In this document: positions 11,144-23,038 of the stretch, piece after piece
Layout: every line of letters starts with the position of its first letter
Position numbering within the stretch: position 1 is the first letter of the stretch
Notes under the pieces: generated by a model
Database searches by the model: none
Seen by the model: only the letters and a program-made list of their open reading frames with translations
What the model was told of the DNA's origin: nothing
Made by a program: the position numbers and the translations under genes
Assembly: GCF_001194135.2 (NCBI RefSeq)
Contig: NC_069001.1
Location: 17,421,015 to 17,457,596 of the forward strand
Direction of reading: 5' to 3'
DNA from: Octopus bimaculoides
Taxonomy: Eukaryota
DNA: 36,582 bases

Positions 11144-11645
11144 GAACTCTGGTGTAAGCGCCCCATATGACCTCTCATAACATTTTTTTCATTTCGGTAT
11201 TTTCAGAATATTTTTGCTAATTTATGATCTACACACGGGAATTCATACGATTAGGAAAAACTTTTTGTTTTCAGTTTTTCAAACCCCTCAACCCATAAAT
11301 ACTGGAAGTTCCACTCTTTTTCGAATTTTTTTGAAACAGTTTAAAATATGGATAGTCCGAACTTTTTACTTAAACCCCAGCAATGGATCACCTTTGGGTG
11401 CATCATCCTTCCATTAAATGTATTTATGAGGAGAAAAATATTGAAAAACACCAATACATGTCAGAGTGATAAAGAAACGAGGAAACTATCAGGTGGTCGT
11501 GAGACGTGCTAACATTAACAGCTAAATCGCATACAAATTTTTTTTGCATAATCGTATGAATTCCCGTGTGTAGAACTCAAATTTGCAAAAATTTTCTGAA
11601 AATTCCCAAAAGTAAAAAGAAGTTAGGGTACTTAAACCAGAATTC
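11144..11645. mobile_element. MITE-like element with long imperfect inverted arms
   Basis: 11228-11253 and 11549-11574 are a perfect 26-bp inverted match within ~85-bp imperfect arms. There is a weaker outer match between 11144-11163 and 11626-11645. Confidence 0.7.
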
Positions 11646-11874
11646 TGCCAGCTGTACATAATTTCTTCAATCTACGGAGAAATGTTCAATTTGTCATGTT
11701 TAGAAATACAGGACACAGGAAATGTGTCAAGGCCAAAAGGAAGCGGTACAGCTTCCTAGGTCTAACCAACAGTAGTATTATTCCCTTCAGGAGACTGTCA
11801 CTTTAAGTTGACAGCATACATGTTTGTATGTCTAATACGTAAGTTTACATATGTATATAATATAACACCATATG

Positions 11875-12000
11875 GTACTCCAGCATGACCACAGTTAAAT
11901 GACTGAAACAAGTAAAAGAATAAAAGAATATAAGTTTCATTGATTGGACTATGGCCATGCTGTGGCACCAACTTGAAGGATTTAGCCGAACAAATCAATC
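11875..12000. mobile_element. Two family A SINE tail fragments in opposite orientation
   Basis: ctccagcatgaccacagttaaatgactgaaacaagtaaaaga on +, then ggccatgctgtggcacc..ttagccgaacaaatc on -. Confidence 0.55.
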
Positions 12001-12131
12001 TCAGTTGTCAAGCAATGGCCAAGCACAAACACAATGTGTGTACGTATTTAATTGTTTTTCTTAAAAGCCAAAACAATGCATGTTCTAAAAACATCAGTAA
12101 TGCAGATCAATGATTCGTATTATTAGTTGGT

Positions 12132-12171
12132 ATTTCAACGTTTCGGTATTAGAGATCCTTCTTCAAGAAAT
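12132..12171 (-). ncRNA. Minimal type I hammerhead-like motif (core UUGAAGA)
   Basis: atttc-TTGAAGA-A-GG-atctctaata-CC-GAAA-C-GTT-gaaat, with a perfect 5-bp stem I. Confidence 0.5.
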
Positions 12172-12400
12172 TTACAGAGAAAGGGTGTTGATTTCCCTAA
12201 TCTGTACTTTGCATATGTATGAAGAGTTCTTTTGTATTATTATAGTATCCAGTCAGCTGCGTGCAGTTCCGAGCAGTTATTTATTTGTGGGATGTCCTTG
12301 TTAATTAAAATAGCTTCTTTTACTCTCGAGTTCCCAATGTCTCTTTTTGCAGCCTCAATGGGAATTTGGGTGTCTTGCACGTGGCATTCCCTTAGGTTTT
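12132..12400 (-). mobile_element. PLE 3' end: GIY-YIG C-terminus followed by a hammerhead-like motif
   Basis: The minus strand encodes LRECHVQDTQIPIEAAKRDIGNSRVKEAILINKDIPQIN, matching the xKEAxxIxxxxPxxN end of PLE GIY-YIG endonucleases. Confidence 0.7.
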
Positions 12401-12489
12401 CATTTTTTTTTAACGAAAGAAGCATTAATATTATGGTATTCGTTAACCTGTATGTTAATTTATCTGATTGTACTGTCAGATCAAAGATA

Positions 12490-12655
12490 AAAATATATGT
12501 CCGCAGTGCTACGTGGTGCAGCAAATGAAATGAATGGTACATCGGAAGTACTATCAAAGTTCTAATACGGGTTAAAGAACACCTCTAGACTAATGCATCT
12601 CTCGTCAAAAAACACCTACGGAAATGCTACATCCAAGATATCCAAGTTTCTCTGT
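12490..12655 (+). pseudogene. Degenerate GIY-YIG endonuclease fragment (PLE type)
   Basis: KIYVRSATWCSK*NEWYIGSTIKVLIRVKEHL*TNASLVKKHLRKCYIQDIQ shows YIG plus RxKEH motifs, with two stops. Confidence 0.7.
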
Positions 12656-12675
12656 CTATTTGTTCCTCGTCTCTC

Positions 12676-12707
<32 letters not shown>

Positions 12708-12850
12708 CTTTTTCTCTGTGCACCAACCACCATTGCCATTCTCAGCTTGACAGACTTATTATTTAATAAATATTGTCATCAGTCGGTAAATAATTGCTGA
12801 TACCTTTCACTTTTAATGTCTTCATCACGTTCTTGTAAGTGGAAAGCTTA

Positions 12851-12900
<50 letters not shown>

Positions 12901-15252
12901 ATGCACGCACACAATACATTATCCAAACATTTTCCAATTATTTTGTGAAGTCGAATAAGTTTATAAGATTACTGCTTCGCGCTATGTCTACCATTACGCC
13001 CACAGAGATGAGGGTTAAGCTTCAAACATTAACGACCACGAGTAACCCATAGACACAGGACCATTGCAAATCTATTCGAAACCGTTGAACTCGAGTAGAC
13101 TTGTACACAACCCACAGATAAAGGACCCAACTTCGCCACACCTTGAACTTACATCTATTTTCAACGTAGTATGGACTGAGTCAACAAATGGCCGGGTGGG
13201 GGTAAGCCTGTATGGAATCGTTAGATTTGCAGGAAATAGCAACCACAATCTGTTTCAAATTCCAACTCACCCATCGTCTTAAAAGAGGGATGTATTAAAC
13301 ACTCCGGTCTTCGGAGGGAAATGATGAGATGGTTATGAGTGAAATGTCTTTGCTTTTAAGTTTTCTCTCAAGACTGATTGGGGGCTAAACAAGAACTTCA
13401 ACACACGATCAAAGAACCCTGTCCAAAACACAAGACTCGCTTTTCTCATCACAGCACAAAAGTGAAGGACGCAAACGGAAATGAAACAACTTCCCCAATA
13501 TACACACAGACCAACAACTCTTCCCAAATATTAAAATTTCTATACACACACACACACACACACACACTAACCCTGTCTTCCCACCACAGACAAAAATCAA
13601 ATAGTTACGTAGCTGGGGTGTCTGCTGTCCGAGACACCCTTTGAATTTGCGTCCCTTCATGGGCCCTCAAGCTCATACAGACTTATGCAGCAGACCCAAA
13701 AGTACCACTTTCATAAAAGCATCACCGAGGGGTAGACTTCCCCCACCCCACCCCCACCGCAAAGCTACGCTTCTGAAATCAAAGGTCGCGACTTCAACAG
13801 ATGAAAGGGATTGTTCTCTTTCTACTGATTTCAGCAACTGCACGGCGGCCATGTTGGGGATGGTGACTTCGAAGTGTGAAGGATTTTCTACTTACAGGAA
13901 CTTCATTCGGTCTGCAATATTTTATTCTATCGATCGATCTCTGTTTATCAAGTGACAGGATTTTAACATGGCTATAGGAGAGTGATTTAAGGAACTTTGC
14001 TCGGTGTATCGACAGACACAGAAATATTGACACATACCCACACATACACATGTAGACACATATACATATGTACACATATATACATCTATAACACAGACAC
14101 TGACACACATAAATACACGTACGTATTCAGGTAGGGTTTATTGCATCATAAATGAGAGATTTATTGCTGTTTACAGCATATATCACAAAGACACATGTAT
14201 ATGTGTGCGTGTGTGTGTATGTACACATATACATACATGCATATATACGCACACACATTATATTATATAAAGGCAAACGTGATTTATTAGTAAATTTATC
14301 TAAAGTCTATGTGAACACGGTCGAGTTGAATGGAGTTGATATACAGTGGGAACCACTGGAGGTAAAACGTCTAGACAGAGAAACAAACAAGTAAATAAAT
14401 AAATATTAAGCTGTGTGGTGGTGAATGGCCGTGGGAATGGGTTTGAAGAAGAAACCATTGAATGTGGGAGGGGTGAGGTTTTTAGTTAAATATGGGGTGA
14501 GTGGGTGCAGAGCAGGGTGATAAATAATGAGGGTGGGGAAGGCTCCCGGTGGAGAAGAGGAAAGTTAATATCAGGTGAATCTAGTTAGAAGGTACTCGTG
14601 GTCGCAAACATTATTGTTACTTCGCACTGAGTAAGCGACGATCGAGTGAACTTATGATGAAAGGTATTCCAGTCGTGACCATCTCGTTTAGTTTCTTTAT
14701 TCTTTTCGGAAAAATTCTCTAAACTAGCAACACTGAGACTTTCATATATATTTTAATATTTTTATACGTAGATTTGCAAGTTATTCATAAGAAATAAACA
14801 AAGGGGATCGAAGAACCCGATTTCTATTAAAACCATAGGGGGAACAACTTCACCACGACGACTACCACCACTACTAGTACTACTACTACTACTACTATTG
14901 TTATTATCATGACTGCTGCTAGTTATTCGACAGCTACAACCACTCCTAGAACTCTTGACCACTATTTGATTTACTGAAACAGATAGTAGTAATCTACTAA
15001 GTTGGAATTACCATGTTTTCAGAACTCAAGGAAAGGACCACGTGCGCATGCAAGAAATAACAGTAAACTATGAATGTCATTCTTAATTTTAATTTCAATT
15101 TTATTTTATTAATAGCCCTTTTCTCTTCTCACATATTTTATATTCATTTTTTGATAAGGTTTTTCAAAAAAACCGAAACATGTAAATCAATTAAAACGCC
15201 CAAAAAATGTTTTAAAAAAGTAGCATTTTCATTTTTATTCATCTTCAATATA

Positions 15253-15640
15253 TTCTTTTATTCTTTTACTTATTTCAGTCATTTGACTGCGGCCATGCTG
15301 GAGCACTACATTTAGTCGAACGAATCGACCCCAAGAATTATTTTTGTAAGCCTAGTACTTATTCTATCGGTCTCTTTTGCTGAACCACTAATGTTACGGG
15401 GACGTAAACACACCAAAATCGGTTTCAAGCGATGGTGGAGTGGGGGGGACAAACACAGATACACAAATATGTGTATATATACACGACAGACTTCTTTCAG
15501 TTTCCGTCTACTAAATGCATTCAAGGCTTTGGTAGGCCCGAGGCTATAGTAGAAGACACTTGCCCAAGGTTCCACGCAGTAGGACTGAACCCGGAACCAT
15601 GTAGTTGTGAAGCAAGCTTCTTATCACACACCCACGCCTG
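15253..15640 (-). mobile_element. tRNA-SINE family A, near full length
   Basis: Reverse-complement homolog of 5235-5597. Confidence 0.85.
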
Positions 15641-15867
15641 TTTCTGAATTTGAGTTGCAAGATTCTTGATGTGAAACCGTGTGTTGAAACATATATTATA
15701 TTTCGGGATGGACATTTTTGGGGGGGAGGGTCAAATAAACACACGCACTATATATTCTTTCTTCATTTGTGCCCAACTGACCCTACTATACTGTCTAGTC
15801 GACAAAAGAAAAAACAATGTGCGGAATTAAAAATGTAAAATTGCAACAATTTACCCAACATACCCTC

Positions 15868-15902
<35 letters not shown>

Positions 15903-15947
15903 GCATGAATGTATGTCTACACACACACACACACAGACACACACACA

Positions 15948-15997
<50 letters not shown>

Positions 15998-15998
<1 letters not shown>

Positions 15999-17215
15999 TT
16001 GGTCAGCCCATAAATAATGCGGTGTTTTTATACTTTTATTTTTCAAAATTAAGATAAAGTTTTTAAAATCTAAAATATACTCTCCTTTATTTTCTACAAT
16101 GTTCCTCTTCCATCTATATGACAGACTTCTAAAATTCACTTGACTGTGAGGAAAAATACTCCTCCCGTTCTGTTCGGGCCTCGTCTACAGAATTCACATT
16201 TTTTCCGTCCAAATGATTTTGAAGACTGCGGAATAAATGATAATCAAATGGAACAATGTCCGGCGAATATGGTGGGTAGGGCATTGTTTCCCATTCAAAC
16301 TGCTGCAGCCTTTCGTTGTATGTGGCCGAGCATTATCCTGATAGAACAGCTTTCGTCTCGAAACCAAAAATGGTCGTTTTTTCTTCAAGCACTGACTTAA
16401 GCCACTCAAGCTGCTCGCAATAGATCTCCGTCGTTATCGTTTGGTTCGAGTTCGAAGTGGACTAAACCTTTCATATCCCACCAAACAGATAACAACAACT
16501 TATGTGGGTAAAGACCTTCTTTAGCCTTGGGTGCAGGTGTTTCTCCTTTCCCTACCCACTGTCTTCGGGGCTTAACATTTTTATAGAGAACCCATTTCTC
16601 GTCACCAGTCACAATTCGATCCAAAAAATTTTCATTCGTGTGACGTGACAGCAAAGAAGAGCATACATTCACTCTCTGCATATGATTAGACTCAGAAAGT
16701 TTGTGAGGAACCCATTGACCCAATTTACTGACTTTTCCGATGGCACGCAGGTGTCGATGAATGGTTGAATGGCCAAATTTTAGCTTCTCTGCTATTTCCT
16801 CAACAGTTACGATGGAATTTTGTTCCATCAGAGTTTGCAGGACGTTCTCGTCGAGCTCTGCAAACCTTCAAGGACGAGTCTCGTAATTTCTGGAACCACC
16901 GTTGATCTGACTTACGCATATTGTCCGATTCCCATATACTGCATTAATATTCCTCACACTTTCCATTGCATTGTTGCCTTTATTGAACTAATAAAGTAAA
17001 ATATGCCAAATATGCTCCTTTGTCACTTCCATTATAGCTTTGAAAAAATAACTGTTAAAATCGATCTGCACTCTTCAAAACTTGCACTAAGAATACAGAA
17101 CAAGGTAAAATTACTACCTGCTTTTATAGTAAATGGATGCAGATAGTTTATCCCGTTTCCCTCCGACTTTTAGTTCATGCAATTAAAAAACCGCATTATT
17201 TATGGGATGACCCAA
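15998..17215 (-). mobile_element. Full-length decayed mariner (DD34D) transposon, 1218 bp
   Basis: TIRs are tttggtcagcccataaataatgcgg (left) and ccgcattatttatgggatgacccaa (right), each flanked by TA (15996-7, 17216-7). Transposase motifs lie inside. Confidence 0.95.
16060..17032 (-). pseudogene. Mariner transposase pseudogene
   Basis: MEVTKEHIWHILLY*F..., WVPHKL, IVTGDEKW, YPHKLLLSVWWD, YQDNARPH, PPYSPDIVPFDYHLF and GEYILD are all present, interrupted by stops and frameshifts. Confidence 0.93.
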
Positions 17216-17609
17216 TACACACACGCAAACAAGTATAAACATATCATTCGAATAAAATTTATTGCAAAATAACGAGAAATTTATTGCCATACACACACAC
17301 ACTCTTAATCACATGTGTGTGTGTGTGTGTGATTAATAACATCCTTGTTTAAAACGAAAATGTAACTGAGACTCAAGGGACATGAGACTCAAGGCCAAAC
17401 AAGTTTCAAGGAAGTGAGCGAGGATGTTCACTGGCACCCTCGGTCTCATTCCTTCATTGATATTTGATTTTACAGGAAAGATAAAATTTACTTCAGAGGG
17501 ATTGAACTCATATCGTATAGAGTGGAACCAAACACTACAAGATATTTCTGACGACATTAATTGCACCAGCAAACCGGTAACCAACTGTATAATAATTCTT
17601 TTTACTACA

Positions 17610-17980
17610 GGCACAAAACCAGAAATTTTGGGGGAGGGTGGTCATTGACCCCGAAAGTATGAAAGGCAAAGTCGACATCGTCGGAATTCGAACTCGGAAC
17701 ATAAAGCCGAAAGAAATGCCGCTAAGCATTTTGTACGGTGCGGAAACGATACCACCAGCACACCGCCTTCAACCGACTGTATAATAATGGTTTCAAATTT
17801 TAGCACAAGGCCAGCAATTTCGGGGAATTGTTAAGTCGATTACTGGTACTTATTTTATCGTTCCCGAAGGATGAAAGGCAAAGTCGACCTCAGCAGAATT
17901 TGGACTCAGAATGTAAAGACGGACGAAATGCTGCTAAGAATTTTGTCCGGCGTACTAACGATTCTGGCTGTTCGCCGCCC
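17610..17980 (-). mobile_element. Two tandem family B SINE copies (17610-17770, 17785-17980)
   Basis: Each has ...atgaaaggcaaagtcgac..ggaatt.gaactc.gaac...gaaatgc.gctaag and a tRNA-like head at its right end. Confidence 0.8.
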
Positions 17981-18133
17981 TCATCAGTTGTGCAATAAGG
18001 AATAACGATGGTAGTCATTAAATCTAATAAAGTTTATTGTTATTTCCGTGGCTATCTGTATGAGATCATAGTACAATTAGTATTATGCAGTTAATTAATT
18101 ATCTACCTACCCACACACACTCCAATATATATA

Positions 18134-18266
18134 GGTGCAGGTTTCGTGTTCAAGTCCACTGCGTAGCACATTAGGCACATGTCTTCTACTATAGCCTCCC
18201 GGCCAACCAAATCCTTGTGAGTGGATTTAATAGACGGAAACTCAAAGAAGCCCCTCGTATACATAC

Positions 18267-18344
<78 letters not shown>

Positions 18345-18520
18345 TATCTATACGTATATATCTGTGTGTATGTGTCCCTGTTTCTGTGTTTGTCCTCCCT
18401 CACCGCTTGACAACCGGTGTTGGTGTGTTTAATAAGTCCTGGAGTCGATTTGTTTAACTAAAACTCTTCAAGGTGGCTCTCCAGCATGGCTGCAGTCAAA
18501 TGACTGAAACAAGTGAGAAA
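18134..18520 (+). mobile_element. tRNA-SINE family A with deleted head
   Basis: ccactgcgtagcac..gtcttctactatagcc..gtgagtggattt..gacggaaac..(GT)n..cgcttgacaaccg..tgactgaaacaagt. Confidence 0.8.
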
Positions 18521-18942
18521 ATTCAATATATATATATATATATATATACATGATGGACTCTTCCGACGAAGACCCACGTATGAATGTTCAGCTTTTGCCG
18601 GACGACCAGCACAAATCATTTGTTTCTGCACCGGACAACTTTATTGTTATATAAGATTATTCTTTAGAATCACTATATAAATAACTGTTAACAACAGCTG
18701 TGTGTAGGTGCTGCCTCAGGTGGAATGCGATTCAGTATTGTTGGATTTCTTTGAGTTTCCTTAGACATATCATGTCTACTACCCTCCACTAATCAGTTTA
18801 TTAGATTCCAGGCGACACATATTCTTGTAATGACACAAAAACAAATGCAAGAGTAACATCATTGTAATAGTACCAGCAACAATAACACATTTGTGACCTT
18901 AATAACACTGACAGTAATAAAAGCAGAGTGTGTGTGTATATA

Positions 18943-18988
<46 letters not shown>

Positions 18989-19642
18989 TGCGTACACATA
19001 TATATACACGCACACACACACACACATATATATACACATGCACACACACACATATATATATATACATACTCATGCACACACCTATATATATGCATACATA
19101 CACATACACACACACACGTGTGAGTGCGTGTGTGTATTTTTATATGTATACATATGCGTTTTTATATAAATGTCTGGCGGTAAAGAGAGTAAAGGGTAAA
19201 TATGTTTATCCATGTAAAGATGTGTGTATGTATAAAAGAGGTAAATCTGCTTAACTAAAATATATTACTTACGTTTGTTGTCAATCAACCTTCAGGCTAT
19301 TTCGTAATAAAACCATCTTGGAGTATATAAGGAGGAACGTGAGGTTGGTGTGCTATCGAACCGGGTTCAAATTTCAGCAAGTATTTTCAATCATCCAAAT
19401 GCAATCCTTCATTCATTACACATGTCTGGAATGAAAAGTAATCAAATTTGTGATGCTGTTAATAGTAGTGGTGGTGGTGGTGGTGGTGGTGGTAGTTACA
19501 GTAGTTCGGTTATAGTTTACAATTTCGTGTCGGCGGAAACATGTGTGCATTTTAGAGCACATCTATTTAAGATGTGTATGTAAATATTTGTATGTGTTTG
19601 GTTAGTGTGCGTGTATTTACCCGGGGTGTGTGTGCGCGGGCG

Positions 19643-19674
<32 letters not shown>

Positions 19675-20381
19675 GTATGAGGTCTAAACTGTTTTGTTTA
19701 TTTTTCATATATTTTTTCACACTTTCAAGATTGATTTAAATCATTTGATTCGATTTCAAGTGATTTCTTTTATATTTTCGCTCTCCATTTATTTTTTTAA
19801 AAACAAACATTTATTCATCCTATTTATCCTCCTATATTCATTTTATATATTAATTAATTTATTTAATTTATTAATGTATGCATTTCTTTTATATTTATAT
19901 TTATTTATATATTTATTTATATTCTTATTAATTAATTTATTATATATTTATTTATGAAATCCCAGTTTAACCCTTCCTTTCATCTCCCCTTCCCATAATG
20001 CCATTCACTCTTCCGTTCTGTATTCCACAGTTCACAGATTTTCTAAACATGTTTCGCTTTTAAATTTTGTTTGATGTTTCGGCTCTCGCTCTCCCTCTCG
20101 GCGCACATACATACATACATACATACACACATACACACATACATACACACATACACACATACATACACACATACATACATACATGCATACAAGTATGTAT
20201 ATGTAAACTTTTACACATGCTCACACACACGCGCATGTTAAAGCAAATACACAGCCACACAAACAAATATATAGATCTCTAAATATTTTCTTATATATAT
20301 ATATATATATATACATACATACATATATACATACATACATACATATACACGCACACACATCTCTCTCTCTCNNNNNNNNNN

Positions 20382-20409
<28 letters not shown>

Positions 20410-20412
<3 letters not shown>

Positions 20413-20530
20413 GTGAAAGCGCGTGGCCTAATAGTTAGCGTATTCGGTTCACGATCTTAACGTAGTGGGTTCAATTCCTAGACAGGTTGGCGCGTTTTTT
20501 CAATGAGAAAAACATCTCATTTTACGTTTG
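20410..20530 (+). mobile_element. tRNA-derived SINE head (third type)
   Basis: gcgcgtggcctaatagttagcg (A-box-like) and gggttcaattccta (B-box). It is degenerate and is not an intact tRNA. Confidence 0.5.
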
Positions 20531-20896
20531 TTCAATCTATATATAACACAATTATACGTAGTCGACGTTATGCGATCATACCAGCCATTTGATTGGTCTT
20601 CGTTTCGCTGATGAGAGCAGATAGCCCGAAATCCAGTTGTCACTATATCGGCCAAAGATCAACGACACCTCTCGTCCCCCTGCGTGTTTTTCCGGAAAAT
20701 TAATTTTAGTTCATTGATATTTCCAAGTGACTGATCTTTCTTTATTCACCGCGGTTTTACTTCAAAGTAACATTAGTGTTGATGACTTTCTCTTTGTCAT
20801 TAGAGTTAGAATTCAAATTAGTTAATAATTATTCTCAACCTATCCGCCGCCTCAAGCGTGGCTTTTACTTATAAAGAGATAGTCAGACAAATAGAG

Positions 20897-20929
<33 letters not shown>

Positions 20930-20958
20930 CGTGCGTGCGTGTCGGCGTTTGTCTATAA

Positions 20959-21228
20959 CAGTGGTCCAAAGATTTTTTTCGGACTGCCACCCACTTGGTA
21001 CCCGGACCACATTCTTGCACCTCCCTCACCACCACAAACGCAGACCACATTCTGCAGCAAATTCAAAACAATTATATTTCACAAAACTCGACCTAATTAA
21101 CCTGTTATTTTGTTATTTTTACATCCATCGCCCCTTTTCGGTTTCCCCATTATTGCCCCACTTTTCTTCAACCCCTAGATATTTTCACCGTCCACAAGGG
21201 GAAGTAACACCCACTTTGGCAATCACTA
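20959..21228. mobile_element. hAT-type MITE
   Basis: The ends cagtggtccaaag and ctttggcaatcacta are imperfect TIRs. The 8-bp flanks gtctataa and atctatag match at 6/8, consistent with a hAT target-site duplication. Confidence 0.5.
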
Positions 21229-21689
21229 ATCTATAGCGATAGGAATCATTGGTCTATAACGATTAAATGTAAAGTTAAACTAGCCACTTGAGAGATAAAA
21301 TATGTACTTTCCATTTTTGTGCTCAAGTTTCGACATAAAATATCTAACACCAATCCTAATACCTTCATAAAGCACCAGACTGCTTAGACCACGGTGAGGT
21401 AACCTCATCATTGAGACTTCTGATACTCGCTAATTCAAAGCCCTGCCGTTGGTAAGATACAAACTTCTTCCTACCTTAGCGAATCTTAGGAAGTCTGCCA
21501 TTCTTGTTACAGTTATAATCTATTATCGCAATAGACTTGTTTCACTAGTTTAGCCAGCTTTATAATAATAGAGTAGATTTTATAGATCTAATTTTATAGA
21601 TCTAACACAATTTTTTGTCCTTGGGCAGTAACAGTTATTTCCCTAGAAAGTATGATAAATGACTAATATTTTCCTCAAACTTTGCTTTT

Positions 21690-21840
21690 GTTACATTTTT
21701 TCAAACACCAATTAATCCCTCTCAACACATAATTATAATGCTCAACTACTAATGCGTATGATCAATGATGCACATATTATCAGCTACTAAGGGACATGCT
21801 CAAGTAGTTAAGGTTAAGCAACTGACAAACAAAACTGTAA
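21690..21840 (-). repeat. Fragment of the interspersed repeat at 23759-24280
   Basis: Its reverse complement aligns to ~23885-24010 (ttgtcagttg..accttaac..ttgagcatgtcccttagt..atatgtgcatc). Confidence 0.75.
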
Positions 21841-22104
21841 TATTCAGCAGAATATTTGTTATAAGGGTATTTCTGATTCAGCAACTCAGTGCTGAATCTG
21901 TCTGAATTGTAATGGAAAATAGGTCAGTTTTAAAACATTGATGTCCCGGTCCCAAAAGCAAGGTTTGAAGTAAATAGTAGTCATTTCTTTGATTTCTAGA
22001 TAGAAGCAAATAGGAAATAACACTTAGTAACCAGAGAAAAAACAAATTAAAATTTTGTTACATAATGTAATGGTAGATGACCCCTAGAGAATAATCTTAG
22101 GGAT

Positions 22105-22530
22105 AGAATTGTGTCTCGAAATCTCTTCGCAATTCTCCAATAAGAATTGTCTTTCTTCACAGTTCTGTCTTCAGAAATGTTTCTCTCACAACTGTCACCT
22201 TGCAATTCTCTTCACAATTGTCACCACAGAATTTTCTCTCCAAAATTATTTCTTCGGGCATGTTTTTCGCAATTGTCTCTCATCACTCAGTTCTCTGTTC
22301 GAAATTCTTTCTTAAGAATTGTCCAAACAGAATTGTTTCTCCACCATTCTTTCTTGAAAAAAATGTTTTATTATTTCTTTATTTGAATTGCAAATTGTCC
22401 TTTTGCATTGGCACTTAGCAATTCTTTCATCAGAATTGGTTCCTAGAAACCTGTCTCTCCATAATTGTCCCTTTAGAACCATTTCTTCATTATTAGCATT
22501 TTTGCTCCAGAATTGTCTTTTCTAGAATTA
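22105..22530. repeat. Highly degenerate minisatellite built on (c/ag)aattgtctc
   Basis: More than 15 irregularly spaced recurrences of aatt(g/c)t(c/t)t-like words. Confidence 0.55.
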
Positions 22531-23003
22531 CTTCATCTCTAGTTATATTCTACACACTGGTTTCATGAACGAAATGTAGTTTAAAGTCAGTTCCCGGCAT
22601 ATTTTGGCTCTAATAATTCACTTATGCCGCCTTCACTACCACTACTACTATTCCTAGACATTTCACTGTTGTAATATCTTTTTCCTTGTAAACACAAATC
22701 TAAACTCTCGCCTCACTAATCCACGTTGACTTTATGAACTTTCTACTTCGTTTACTTCATTCTTTTAGCGATTCACTCAGAATATTAATCACCATAGCCA
22801 ACAATATTTACATTAATAGCATCTATTCTTCTCCTCTTTCTATATTTATACCTCTATCTCTCCCTCCTTCTCTCTATCTGTTAGCTATCCTGGTTAGCAA
22901 TTTCTACAAGAATATTAAATGCTCTCTGCAGCAATAATTTCATTAGTAGCGTCCATCTTTCTCGTTTCCCAACCCAGCCCTCTCTCTCTCTCTCTTTCTC
23001 TCC

Positions 23004-23038
<35 letters not shown>

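Noticed and set aside
14460-14540. G-rich tract as a G-quadruplex
   Set aside because: The G-runs are separated by long loops, so support is weak.
18560-18600. CCGACGAAGACC, a possible hammerhead 5' half
   Set aside because: No GAAA or stem III follows.
20410-20480. tRNA gene
   Set aside because: It has A/B-box-like motifs but no complete cloverleaf or acceptor stem, so it was treated as a SINE head. The same applies to the heads at 5235, 25857 and 33757.
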